From Clostridia bacterium (GTDB lineage Bacteria; Bacillota; Clostridia; UMGS1883), in NCBI GenBank assembly GCA_051866635.1, contig JBJDXJ010000029.1, forward strand, positions 1-39,936: DNA of 39,936 bases. Direction: 5' to 3'. The notes beneath the pieces are model-generated. The model saw nothing but the letters and a program-made list of their open reading frames with translations. It was not told the DNA's origin and ran no database searches. Positions 1 through 9,628 of this stretch are shown here, piece by piece; position 1 is the first letter of the stretch; every line of letters begins with the position of its first letter. The position numbers and the translations under genes were made by a program.

Positions 1-2
1 TT

Positions 3-287
3 ACATTGGATAAGGATGGCAACTTTACAGCACGCACAGAAGGTACTGGAAGCTACAGCGGCGATATCTTCTTTGATGTTACAAGCGAAAGTTTGGACGA
101 AAGCTCTTATAAAGTTACAGTTACACCTTTGGAGAGCTTTAACAACAAGGTAACAATTATGAGCTACTGGAACGAATTTGTAAGAATTAACAATAACCAT
201 ACAACTGTTTTGACAAACATTACAGATTCTCAAATTAATCCTGACGGCAGTGTAACATTTACATTCACAGTTCCTAATGCTAAATAA
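3..287 (+). CDS. 3' end of a protein carrying the shared '...VRINNN...DG' C-terminal module (5'-truncated by the window edge)
   Basis: Frame is open to the window edge. GSYSGDIFFDV...VTVTP...YWNEFVRINNNH...PDGSVTFTF aligns by eye with the modules in 18933..26195 and 33973..38202. A terminator follows. Confidence 0.75.
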   Translation, partial: TLDKDGNFTARTEGTGSYSGDIFFDVTSESLDESSYKVTVTPLESFNNKVTIMSYWNEFVRINNNHTTVLTNITDSQINPDGSVTFTFTVPNAK

Positions 288-301
288 GCATAAGAATACA
301 A

Positions 302-337
302 AAAAAAGCATTCGGTGAAATATCCGAATGCTTTTTT
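302..337 (+). terminator. Intrinsic terminator, potentially bidirectional
   Basis: aaaaaagcattcgg-tgaaatat-ccgaatgctttttt hairpin with A and T tracts, just after the stop at 287. Confidence 0.85.
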
Positions 338-433
338 GTCGGAAAAATATCAAGGTTTTTATAAAAAATGTATTGTTTTTTTGGCTTTATTATTATATAA
401 TAAATAAAAGCTATGTATAGTAGGAGGCTTTTG

Positions 434-1075
434 ATGTTTAAATCCCTTCGTTATGATGTAAAAAGTATTATGGAGCGTGACCCTGCGGCAAAAAACGGGT
501 TTATGGTTTTGTGCTTGTATTCAGGGCTTCATGCAGTTTGTTTGCATCGTATTTCACATTGGCTTTATAAGCATAAACTGTTTTTCATTGCAAGGCTCAT
601 AAGCCAGCTGACGCGGTTTTTAACCGGCATTGAAATACATCCCGGTGCAACTATCGGTCGTGGGCTTTTAATTGACCACGGTAGCGGTGTTGTTATTGGT
701 GAAACTGCCATTGTAGGCGATAACTGCACCATATATCAGGGTGTAACATTAGGCGGTACGGGTAAGGAAAAAGGCAAACGTCATCCCACCATAGGCAACA
801 ATGTGCTAATCGGTGCAGGGGCAAAGGTACTTGGCTCCTTTAAGGTGGGGGATAATTCTGTTATTGCCGCAAACAGTGTTGTACTGCACGAGGTTCCTGA
901 AAACTCTACATGTGTGGGTGCACCTGCTCGTGTTAAAAAGATTAACGGTGTCAGGGTGGGTGATATTGACTGGGCATCGACACCTGACCTTATCGGACAG
1001 GAATTTGCACGTATGCAACAGGAACTTGATACACTCAGACAGGAAATGGAAGATATGAGAGGTATGAGACGATGA
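434..1075 (+). CDS. cysE: Serine O-acetyltransferase
   Basis: RDPAA, TGIEIHPGATIG, IDHGSGVVIGET and GKRHPTIG motifs; AGGAGG at 422-427 favours ATG 434; adjacent to cysS. Confidence 0.95.
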   Translation: MFKSLRYDVKSIMERDPAAKNGFMVLCLYSGLHAVCLHRISHWLYKHKLFFIARLISQLTRFLTGIEIHPGATIGRGLLIDHGSGVVIGETAIVGDNCTIYQGVTLGGTGKEKGKRHPTIGNNVLIGAGAKVLGSFKVGDNSVIAANSVVLHEVPENSTCVGAPARVKKINGVRVGDIDWASTPDLIGQEFARMQQELDTLRQEMEDMRGMRR

Positions 1076-2454
1076 AATTATATAACACAATGACACGTTC
1101 AAAAGAGGAATTTGTACCTATTACTCCCGGTGAAGTAAAAATGTACTCCTGCGGACCTACGGTGTATAACTATTTCCACTTGGGTAATGCACGTCCCTTT
1201 ATTGTTTTTGACTGCTTGCGTAATTTCTTTGAATATATGGGTTACAAGGTAACTTTTGTACAGAACTTTACGGATGTTGATGATAAGCTTATTAATAAAA
1301 GCAAGGAAGAGGGCATTAGCGTAAAGGAAATTGCCGATAAATACATAAAGGAATATTTTACCGATGCAAAGGGCTTAGGCATCAGGGAGGCTACTGTGCA
1401 TCCCAGAGCAACAGAAAATATTGATGCAATTATCGAAATTATAGAAAAACTTATTGAAAAAGGTCACGCATATGAAGTTGACGGGGATGTTTATTTCTCT
1501 GTTAAAAGCGACCCGGGCTACGGTAAACTTTCTCACAAGCCCTTGGAGGATCTCTTAGAGGGCGTAAGAAAGGATTTGGAAGAAGGTAAGCGTGACGCGG
1601 CTGACTTTGCCCTTTGGAAAAAGAGAAAAGATAATGAAATCGGATGGGACAGCCCCTGGGGTGTGGGACGCCCCGGCTGGCATATTGAATGTAGTGCCAT
1701 GGTTAATAAGTACCTTGGTCCCACTATTGATATTCACTCCGGCGGTGTGGATTTGGTGTTCCCTCACCATGAAAACGAAATTGCACAGAGCGAATGTGCA
1801 AACGGCTGTACTTTTGCAAACTACTGGCTTCATAACGGCTTTATCAAAGTAAATAACGAAAAAATGAGCAAGAGCTTAAACAATTTCTTTACCGTTCGTG
1901 ATATCGCCGCACAGTATGATTATGAAGTTATCCGTTTCTTTATGCTGTCGGCTCATTACCGCAGTCCCATTAACTTCTCAGACGAGCTTATAGAGGCGGC
2001 AAAGAGCAGTTTGGAAAGAATGTATACATGTCTTGATAATCTTAAGTTTTTGGCAAAAAGTGCCTCTGAAGGTGAGGTAGACGGTGAGATTAAAATTGCT
2101 ATGGAAGGATATAAGGCTAAATTCATTGAAGCTATGGAGGACGATTTGAACACTGCCGATGCAATATCTGCAATATTTGAAGCTGTCCGTTATATTAACG
2201 GCAGGGAAAATATGAATAGAGAAACCCTTAATTTTGCAGAAAATTTGATAAGCGAGCTGGGCGGTGTTTTAGGGCTTTTGCAGAACAGAAATGAAGATGA
2301 TTTAGATAGTGAAATAGAAAAATTGATTGAAGAGAGACAAACTGCAAGAAAAGAGAAAAATTTTGCACGTGCCGATGAAATACGTGATTATCTTAAGGAA
2401 AAAGGTATAGTTCTGGAAGATACACCCCAGGGCGTAAAATGGAGAAAAGCGTAA
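1072..2454 (+). CDS. cysS: Cysteine--tRNA ligase
   Basis: MYSCGPTVY..HLGN, GRPGWHIECSAM, DLVFPHHENEIAQ, KMSKS; ATGA overlap with cysE. Confidence 0.98.
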   Translation: MKLYNTMTRSKEEFVPITPGEVKMYSCGPTVYNYFHLGNARPFIVFDCLRNFFEYMGYKVTFVQNFTDVDDKLINKSKEEGISVKEIADKYIKEYFTDAKGLGIREATVHPRATENIDAIIEIIEKLIEKGHAYEVDGDVYFSVKSDPGYGKLSHKPLEDLLEGVRKDLEEGKRDAADFALWKKRKDNEIGWDSPWGVGRPGWHIECSAMVNKYLGPTIDIHSGGVDLVFPHHENEIAQSECANGCTFANYWLHNGFIKVNNEKMSKSLNNFFTVRDIAAQYDYEVIRFFMLSAHYRSPINFSDELIEAAKSSLERMYTCLDNLKFLAKSASEGEVDGEIKIAMEGYKAKFIEAMEDDLNTADAISAIFEAVRYINGRENMNRETLNFAENLISELGGVLGLLQNRNEDDLDSEIEKLIEERQTARKEKNFARADEIRDYLKEKGIVLEDTPQGVKWRKA

Positions 2455-2855
2455 TGTTTGGTGCTGAAAATTTAAATCCGAAGGACTATTCTCCCGTGGC
2501 GCTTGCCTATATAGGCGACAGTGTTTACGACCTTTTTGTACGAGGTAAAATCATGGAGAAGGGAAACAGGCATGTGACCGATATGCACAAGGAAGCTATA
2601 AAAACTGTAAGTGCGGTGGCACAGGCGAAAAGTGTACACAACATTGAAAATCTTCTCACCGAAGAAGAACAAAACATTTTAAAATGGGGCAGAAATGCCA
2701 AAAGCGGCGGTGTTCCTAAAAACGCCAACGCAGTTGATTACCGATGGGCAACCGGTTTTGAAACACTTGTGGGGTATTTGTACCTTGACAACCGTATTCA
2801 AAGACTGGAAGAAATATTAACTTTAGCATATTTAAACAAGGAGGATAAAAAATGA
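2454..2855 (+). CDS. mrnC: Mini-ribonuclease III
   Basis: LAYIGDSVYDL, GRNAK and YRWATGFETLVGYLYL motifs; usual position after cysS; TAATG overlap gives start 2454 (2439 also possible). Confidence 0.93.
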   Translation: MFGAENLNPKDYSPVALAYIGDSVYDLFVRGKIMEKGNRHVTDMHKEAIKTVSAVAQAKSVHNIENLLTEEEQNILKWGRNAKSGGVPKNANAVDYRWATGFETLVGYLYLDNRIQRLEEILTLAYLNKEDKK

Positions 2856-3685
2856 ACAAGAACGAAATTGCTCTCCACGCTTATAAAGCGAGAAAGCACG
2901 CTCTCACAGGCATTTACAATGCACAGTCAGGTCATCCCGGCGGAAGCTTATCCATTTGTGACATCCTTTCCGTACTTTATTTTGAGGTAATGAATGTAGA
3001 CCCCAAAAATCCCAAAATGGCAGACAGAGACAGATTTGTTCTCTCTAAGGGTCACTGTGCACCTGCACTTTATGCAACTTTGGCAGAAAAAGGCTTTTTC
3101 CCTGTTGAAGATGTACATACTCTCAGAAGAACAGACAGCTACATTCAGGGTCATCCCGATATGAAGGGCATTCCCGGTATCGATATGTCAACAGGTTCTC
3201 TCGGTCAGGGTATTTCTGCCGCAAACGGTATGGCACTTGCAGGAAAGCTTGCAGACAAGGACTACCGTGTGTACACAATTTTAGGCGATGGTGAACTTGA
3301 AGAAGGTCAGGTTTGGGAAGCGGCTATGTTTGCGGCCCATTATAAACTTGACAACCTTACAGCATTTGTTGACTATAACGGTCTTCAGATTGACGGTAAG
3401 ATTACAGACGTTATGAACAGCGAACCTATCGATGACAAGTTCCGTGCATTTGGCTGGAATGTTATCGTTATTGACGCTCATAATTATGATGCTATCCTTG
3501 ACGCAATCAACGAAGCTAAGGAAACTAAGGGTAAGCCCACAATGATTCTTGCTAAGAGCGTTAAGGGTAAGGGCGTTTCCTTCATGGAGAATAACCCAGC
3601 ATGGCACGGTGCCGCTCCCAACAAGGAACAGTTTGAACAGGCAATCGCAGAACTTGATGCTACAATCAAGGGCTTAGAAGCATAA
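2852..3685 (+). CDS. tkt: Transketolase, N-terminal (TPP-binding) subunit
   Basis: SGHPGGSLS, RDRFVLSKGH, STGSLGQG and GDGELEEGQVWEA TPP-binding motif. Confidence 0.93.
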   Translation: MNKNEIALHAYKARKHALTGIYNAQSGHPGGSLSICDILSVLYFEVMNVDPKNPKMADRDRFVLSKGHCAPALYATLAEKGFFPVEDVHTLRRTDSYIQGHPDMKGIPGIDMSTGSLGQGISAANGMALAGKLADKDYRVYTILGDGELEEGQVWEAAMFAAHYKLDNLTAFVDYNGLQIDGKITDVMNSEPIDDKFRAFGWNVIVIDAHNYDAILDAINEAKETKGKPTMILAKSVKGKGVSFMENNPAWHGAAPNKEQFEQAIAELDATIKGLEA

Positions 3686-3704
3686 GAAAGGAAGGTAAAC
3701 TATA

Positions 3705-4643
3705 ATGGCAGATAAGAAAGCTACAAGAGAAAGCTATGGTATGGCTTTAGCTGAACTTGGTGAAAAGTATGACATTTTAGTAATGGATGCCGACCTTTCC
3801 AAGTCCACTAAGACAGATACATTTAAGAAGAAATTCCCCGAAAGATTTATTAATACAGGTATTGCAGAAGGCAACATGATTGCGACAGCCGCAGGTATTG
3901 CCTCCACAGGCAGAGTAGTTTTTGCATCTTCTTTCGCAATGTTTGCGGCAGGCAGAGCATTTGAACAGATTCGTAACAGTGTGGCTTATCCCAAGCTTAA
4001 TGTTAAAATCGGTGCTACACATGCAGGTATTTCTGTTGGTGAAGACGGTGCCAGCCACCAGTGCCTTGAAGATATAGGTATTATGAGAACTATCCCCAAC
4101 ATGGTTATTATTAACCCTGCTGACCACTGGGAAGCTATGAAGGCTGTTGAAGCCGCTGTTAAGTATGACGGTCCAGTGTATCTCAGATTTGGTCGTCTTG
4201 CTGTTCCCATGATGTTTGATGAAAACTATGAATTTGAAATCGGTAAGGGCGTAACTCTTTCCGAAGGTACAGATGCTACAATCATTGCTACAGGTCTTAT
4301 GGTTCCCGAAGCTGTTGAAGCGGCAAAGATGCTTAGTGAAGAAGGTCTTAATGTTGGTGTTATTAACATCCACACAATTAAGCCTATCGATAAGGACATC
4401 ATCAAGGCGGCGGCTGAAAAGACAGGTGCTATCGTTACAGCTGAAGAACATAATGTTATCGGCGGTCTCGGCAGTGCTGTTGCAGAAGTACTTTGCGAAA
4501 CTTGTCCCGTTCCCCTTCTTCGTGTGGGTACACAGGACGTATTCGGCAGAAGCGGTAAGCCCGCAGAACTTTTGGAAATGTACGGCTTGACAGCAAAGAA
4601 TATTGCCGAAAATGTTAAAAAGGCAATTGCTTTGAAGAAGTAA
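3705..4643 (+). CDS. tkt: Transketolase, C-terminal subunit
   Basis: DADLSKST, GIAEGNM, RAFEQIR, GEDGASHQ, TIKPID, EEHNVIGGLG; strong RBS. Confidence 0.93.
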   Translation: MADKKATRESYGMALAELGEKYDILVMDADLSKSTKTDTFKKKFPERFINTGIAEGNMIATAAGIASTGRVVFASSFAMFAAGRAFEQIRNSVAYPKLNVKIGATHAGISVGEDGASHQCLEDIGIMRTIPNMVIINPADHWEAMKAVEAAVKYDGPVYLRFGRLAVPMMFDENYEFEIGKGVTLSEGTDATIIATGLMVPEAVEAAKMLSEEGLNVGVINIHTIKPIDKDIIKAAAEKTGAIVTAEEHNVIGGLGSAVAEVLCETCPVPLLRVGTQDVFGRSGKPAELLEMYGLTAKNIAENVKKAIALKK

Positions 4644-4657
4644 AAAGTAAAAATTAG

Positions 4658-4693
4658 AAATAGAGAATTTCTTTTGAAATTCTCTATTTTTTT
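4658..4693 (+). terminator. Intrinsic terminator after the transketolase genes
   Basis: aaatagagaatttc-tttt-gaaattctctattt followed by a T run. Confidence 0.8.
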
Positions 4694-4694
4694 G

Positions 4695-4723
4695 TTGTAA
4701 CGGAAGGGGAGATATGATAAAAT
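4695..4723 (+). promoter_or_regulatory. Putative sigma-A promoter for the pcrA operon
   Basis: TTGTAA-17 nt-TAAAAT with extended -10 TG. Confidence 0.6.
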
Positions 4724-4750
4724 TAAAAGGATTGAAAAGGATGTGTAACA

Positions 4751-6943
4751 ATGAATTTACTAAATGAACTTAATCCGGCTCAAAGAGAAGCCGCAGAATA
4801 TATTGATGGACCCCTCCTTGTTCTGGCAGGTGCAGGAAGCGGCAAAACAAGGGTGCTTACATACCGTATAGCACACATGCTTGAAGAGGGCATTATGCCA
4901 TGGAACATATTGGCGATTACCTTTACAAACAAGGCTGCAAAAGAAATGGCAGAGAGAGTGGAAAAACTTGTGGGCGAAGCGGCAAGGGATATGTGGGTTA
5001 GAACATTCCATTCCGCATGTGTGAGGATATTACGCCGTGATATTGATAAGTTGGGCTTTGACAAAAATTTTAATATTATAGATGCTGATGACCAGAAAAG
5101 CCTTGTTAAAGAATGTCTTAAAGAACTTAATCTTGACGACAAGATTTTTACCCCAAAGGGTGTTTTGGCTGAAATTTCAAGTGCAAAGGACAGCTTGTTA
5201 TTGCCTAACGAATATAAAAAGAAAACGGCAGGGGATTATAAAAAGGAAAAGATTGCCGATATTTATAAAATTTATCAGGATAAGTTAAAGGTTAGTAACT
5301 GCCTTGACTTTGACGATTTGATTGTACAGACGGTACGCCTTTTTATGACAAGCCGTGAAACACTGGAATACTATCAGAACAAGTTTAAATATATTTTAGT
5401 TGATGAATATCAGGACACAAACAATGCACAGAATATTTTGGTTATGCTTCTTGCGAAAAGTCACAGAAACCTTTGCGTTGTAGGTGATGATGACCAGAGT
5501 ATTTATAAGTTCCGTGGTGCGAATATTGAAAATATATTAAACTTTGAAAAAATGTTTGCCGAAACAAAGGTTATAAGATTGGAACAGAATTACCGTTCAA
5601 CTCAGAATATATTGGATGCGGCAAATATGGTTATTAAAAATAACATTGGCAGAAAAGGCAAAAATCTTTGGACTAACGTAGGTGAAGGGGAGAAAATTAC
5701 CGTCCACCGTGAGCCTAACGAGCAGGAGGAAGCAGTCTTTATTGCATCGGAAATAAGAAAGCTTTACGATATGGGCTATAAATATTCCGATATTGCCATT
5801 TTGTACAGAAATAACTCCCTTACAAGAAGTGCCGAAGATATTTTCATGAGAAGGGCAATTCCCTACAGACTTCTTTCAGGATTAAGGTTCTATGACCGTA
5901 TGGAAATAAGGGATATGGTGGCATATCTAAGGCTTGCGAAAAATCCTGATGATGATATGAGCTTAAAAAGAATTATAAACGTTCCCGGAAGAAAAATCGG
6001 AAAAACAACAGTTGACCATATTAGTGAAATGGCATACAGGGAAGGCACAAGTATTTTTAAATCATTAGTTTCCCATAAGGATGAAATAAAATCCAATTTA
6101 CGTGAATTTGTTGACCTTATGGAAGAAATTATCAGCCAGAAAAACGAAGTAACGGTTGATGAATTTGTAAATTATGTTTACGAAAGAACAGGCTACCGTG
6201 CATATTTGGACAATGACGAAAAGCGTGACGACAGACAAGCTAACGTGGGCGAACTTATTTCCGGTGCAAAGAATTACCATGACGGAGCAGAAAACCCCAC
6301 CTTTGACGATTATATGGACAATATTGCACTTGTCAGCGATATTGACAACTACGATGAAGAACTGGATGCCTGTGTGTTTATGACAATGCACGCCGCAAAG
6401 GGTCTTGAATTTCCTGTGGTGTTTATCCTTGGTGCAGATGAGGGTGTATTCCCTTCGTTTATGAGCATTTACGATTCAAGCGAACTGGAAGAAGAACGCA
6501 GACTTTGTTATGTAGGTATAACACGTGCAAGGAAAAAGCTGTATATAACAGGTGCTTTTTCAAGAACCGTTTACGGAAAGACAACCCCTTATCAGAAAAG
6601 CCGATTTATAGAAGAAATCCCCGAAACTTTGTGCGAATACAGCGAAAATACACCCTTTGCAAAGGGCAGTACATCAGGCGGTTTTGATGATGACTTTGGA
6701 TTTGTTCAGTTTAAAAGACCTAAGATTGAAGGAACAACCCTTATTCCCAAGAAGGAAAGCAAGGTTGACCTTACAGGCAATACCTCTTTTAAAGTGGGCG
6801 ACAGGGTAAGACATAAAAAGTTTGGTGCAGGACTTGTTACCGGAGCAGAAAATGTGGGCAATGACGTAAGATACGAAATTGCCTTTGACAGCGTAGGTGT
6901 AAAAAACCTTTTGGGATTGTACGCAAAGTTAGAGAAGGAGTAA
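4751..6943 (+). CDS. pcrA: ATP-dependent DNA helicase PcrA/UvrD
   Basis: AGAGSGKT, TFTNKAA, VDEYQDTN, VGDDDQSIY, LEQNYRS, HAAKGLEF, EEERRLCYVGITRA; C-terminal GDRVRHKKFG Tudor-like domain. Confidence 0.96.
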   Translation: MNLLNELNPAQREAAEYIDGPLLVLAGAGSGKTRVLTYRIAHMLEEGIMPWNILAITFTNKAAKEMAERVEKLVGEAARDMWVRTFHSACVRILRRDIDKLGFDKNFNIIDADDQKSLVKECLKELNLDDKIFTPKGVLAEISSAKDSLLLPNEYKKKTAGDYKKEKIADIYKIYQDKLKVSNCLDFDDLIVQTVRLFMTSRETLEYYQNKFKYILVDEYQDTNNAQNILVMLLAKSHRNLCVVGDDDQSIYKFRGANIENILNFEKMFAETKVIRLEQNYRSTQNILDAANMVIKNNIGRKGKNLWTNVGEGEKITVHREPNEQEEAVFIASEIRKLYDMGYKYSDIAILYRNNSLTRSAEDIFMRRAIPYRLLSGLRFYDRMEIRDMVAYLRLAKNPDDDMSLKRIINVPGRKIGKTTVDHISEMAYREGTSIFKSLVSHKDEIKSNLREFVDLMEEIISQKNEVTVDEFVNYVYERTGYRAYLDNDEKRDDRQANVGELISGAKNYHDGAENPTFDDYMDNIALVSDIDNYDEELDACVFMTMHAAKGLEFPVVFILGADEGVFPSFMSIYDSSELEEERRLCYVGITRARKKLYITGAFSRTVYGKTTPYQKSRFIEEIPETLCEYSENTPFAKGSTSGGFDDDFGFVQFKRPKIEGTTLIPKKESKVDLTGNTSFKVGDRVRHKKFGAGLVTGAENVGNDVRYEIAFDSVGVKNLLGLYAKLEKE

Positions 6944-6949
6944 GCCTTT

Positions 6950-7699
6950 ATGTATCAGGATTTTGCCTATTTATATGATGCATTGCAAGAAGATGTGCCA
7001 TATTCACTTTTTGCAGATTACTATGAAAAAATAATGGAGAAATTCAATAATGAAAAAGGTTTATGTCTTGACCTTGGTTGCGGAACGGGAAATATGACAA
7101 TGGAATTAAGTCACCGCGGCTTTGATATGATTGGTGTGGACTCTTCCGTGGATATGCTTGAAGTTGCAAGGGAAAAAGCACAGGAAGCTGAAAAAGATAT
7201 ACTCTACCTTAATCAGGATATGACAGAATTTGAACTTTACGGCACAGTAAGTACAGCTATTTCAAGCCTTGACTGCATAAACTATGTAACGGACGAGGAG
7301 GCACTTTTAAAGGTCTTTAAGCTGGTTAATAATTATCTGGACCCTGAGGGACTCTTTATATTTGATATTAACTCAGAATATAAATTAGAGCATATTTTAG
7401 GCAATAACACCTATGTTTCCGATGATGAAGACATTTTTTATTCATGGCAGAACAGCTATGACAAAGAAAAGAAAATATGCACCTTTGATTTAACATTTTT
7501 CCAAAGGGATGAAGATATGTATTACCGTTTTGACGAAACACATTATGAACGGGCGTACAGTGTTGAAGAAATAACGAATTTAATCAAAGAGTCGGGCATG
7601 GAGGTTGTAGGTGTTTACGATAACTTATCCTTTAATCCTCCTACCGACAAAAGCGAGAGAATTTTCTTCGTGGCAAAGGAAGTTACAAAAAATAGATAA
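6950..7699 (+). CDS. Class I SAM-dependent methyltransferase (YqeM-like)
   Basis: LDLGCGTG motif I, GVDSSVDML, QDMTEF, LDPEGLFIFD. Confidence 0.88.
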   Translation: MYQDFAYLYDALQEDVPYSLFADYYEKIMEKFNNEKGLCLDLGCGTGNMTMELSHRGFDMIGVDSSVDMLEVAREKAQEAEKDILYLNQDMTEFELYGTVSTAISSLDCINYVTDEEALLKVFKLVNNYLDPEGLFIFDINSEYKLEHILGNNTYVSDDEDIFYSWQNSYDKEKKICTFDLTFFQRDEDMYYRFDETHYERAYSVEEITNLIKESGMEVVGVYDNLSFNPPTDKSERIFFVAKEVTKNR

Positions 7700-7737
7700 T
7701 CATTGGAGATTTTAAATTTCCAAAAGAAGGTGATTTT

Positions 7738-8940
7738 ATAATAGCGATAATAGGCGGCGGTGCGGCAGGCATGATGGCGGCAATACAAGCTGCAAGACTG
7801 GGGAAAAAAGTAACCTTGATTGAGCATAATTCCTACCTTGGGAAAAAGATGGGGATTACTGGCAAAGGCAGATGCAATGTTACTAATGACTGCGATGTGG
7901 AGGAACTGTTTTTGAATGTTCCGGGAAACAGCAAGTTCTTATACAGTGCATTTTATTCTTTTTCAAATTACAACGTTAAGGAGTTTTTTGAGGATTTGGG
8001 CGTGCCTTTAAAGGTTGAACGAGGGCAGAGAGTGTTCCCTGTAAGCGATAAGGCACGTGACATTGTTGATGCAATGAGAAACGAAATAAAACGCCTTGGT
8101 GTAAATGTTCTGTTTGACCATGCAAAGTCTGTTGAAACAAAGGATGGAAGAGTGGACAGTGTAGTATGCAAAAACACAGTTATCAAATGTGATAGCTGTC
8201 TAATCGCCACAGGGGGAAAAAGCTACCCACAGACAGGCTCAACAGGTGACGGCTATATAATGGCACAAAAAATGGGACATACTGTCACAGAATTAAGACC
8301 AAGTCTTATTCCTATTGTGGCAAGCAGTGTAAAAAGCCTTATGGGGTTAAGTCTTAAAAATGTTTCTGTTACAGTCCTTGACGAAAAAGGGAAAAAACTG
8401 TATACTGATTTAGGGGAGATGCTCTTTACACATTACGGTATGTCAGGTCCTATTATTTTGTCGGCTTCGGGTCATATGCGTAAGGACAATGAATATACAA
8501 TAGTCCTTGATTTAAAACCGGCACTTGACAGAAAAACATTAGACTTACGACTGCTCCGTGATTTTGAAAAGAACATTAATAAAGATTTTATAAACTCCTT
8601 AGATGAGCTTTTACCCCAGAAAATAATACCTTTTGTCGTAGGGTTAAGCGGTATTGACCAAAGGCGAAAGGTAAATACAATAACAAAAGAAGAGCGTACA
8701 AGACTTATTGATGCCATAAAAGAAATAAAAATCCCTGTTGAAGGCTTCAGACCTATAAGTGAAGCTATTGTTACTGCAGGGGGCATATCTGTAAAGGAAA
8801 TTGACCCGTCTACAATGGAAAGTAAAAAGGTGGGCGGATTGTACTTTGCAGGGGAAATTATTGATGTTGACGCATATACCGGTGGATTTAATCTGCAGAT
8901 TGCTTTTTCTACAGGTTATGTTGCCGGAATAAATATGTAA
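7738..8940 (+). CDS. NAD(P)/FAD-dependent oxidoreductase, HI0933/BaiN/YtfP family
   Basis: ITGKGRCNVTN, ATGGKSYPQTGSTGDG, GEMLFTHYGMSGP, VTAGG, TGGFNLQIAFSTG. The IAIIGGGAAG FAD motif lies upstream of ATG 7771, so the start is placed at ATA 7738 (see findings). Confidence 0.88.
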   Translation: MIAIIGGGAAGMMAAIQAARLGKKVTLIEHNSYLGKKMGITGKGRCNVTNDCDVEELFLNVPGNSKFLYSAFYSFSNYNVKEFFEDLGVPLKVERGQRVFPVSDKARDIVDAMRNEIKRLGVNVLFDHAKSVETKDGRVDSVVCKNTVIKCDSCLIATGGKSYPQTGSTGDGYIMAQKMGHTVTELRPSLIPIVASSVKSLMGLSLKNVSVTVLDEKGKKLYTDLGEMLFTHYGMSGPIILSASGHMRKDNEYTIVLDLKPALDRKTLDLRLLRDFEKNINKDFINSLDELLPQKIIPFVVGLSGIDQRRKVNTITKEERTRLIDAIKEIKIPVEGFRPISEAIVTAGGISVKEIDPSTMESKKVGGLYFAGEIIDVDAYTGGFNLQIAFSTGYVAGINM

Positions 8941-8956
8941 TGAAAGGTTGAGGGAA

Positions 8957-9628
8957 ATGCAAATAGCTATTGACGGTCCTGCCGGCGCAGGTAAAAGTAC
9001 AATTTCAAAATTCGTGGCGACAAAATTAGGATTCCTATATATTGATACGGGTGCAATGTACCGTGCAATCGGTTACAAGGCAATAAAACAGGGGTTTGAT
9101 CTTAGTGATGAGTCATCCATTGACCAAATGGCTAAAGACACTAAGATTGAACTTAAAATTACTGATGTGGGACAGAATATTTTTCTTGACGGCAAGAATG
9201 TAAGCGACAAAATAAGAAGTGCCGAAGTTTCTATGGCGGCATCAAAGGTTTCGGCAATCAAAGGTGTCAGAGAAACTTTAGTAAAGCTTCAAAGGGAAAT
9301 TGCAGGCAGTAACAATGTGGTTATGGACGGAAGAGATGTGGGCACTGTTGTGCTTCCTGATGCGGAAATCAAAATTTTCCTTACTGCAAGTGTTGAAGAC
9401 AGAGCAATGCGTCGATATATAGAAATGCGTGAAAAAGGTATCGAAACAAGCTATCAGGCTGTTAAAGAAGACATGGAAAAGCGTGATTATAACGATACAC
9501 ACCGCTTAACTTCCCCCTTAAAAGTTGCAGATGACGCAGTGGTGATTGACACAAGCGGACAGACATTAGGCGAAAGCGTGCAGGCTATCTGCTCCTTTAT
9601 CGAAAAGAAGATGGACGGTAGAGTATGA
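8957..9628 (+). CDS. cmk: Cytidylate kinase
   Basis: IAIDGPAGAGKST, DTGAMYRA, VMDGRDVGTVVLPDA; start 8957 or 8948. Confidence 0.96.
   Translation: MQIAIDGPAGAGKSTISKFVATKLGFLYIDTGAMYRAIGYKAIKQGFDLSDESSIDQMAKDTKIELKITDVGQNIFLDGKNVSDKIRSAEVSMAASKVSAIKGVRETLVKLQREIAGSNNVVMDGRDVGTVVLPDAEIKIFLTASVEDRAMRRYIEMREKGIETSYQAVKEDMEKRDYNDTHRLTSPLKVADDAVVIDTSGQTLGESVQAICSFIEKKMDGRV

Noticed and set aside
3777-4751. 324-aa antisense ORF
   Set aside because: Shadow of the codon-biased transketolase gene; no recognisable motifs.
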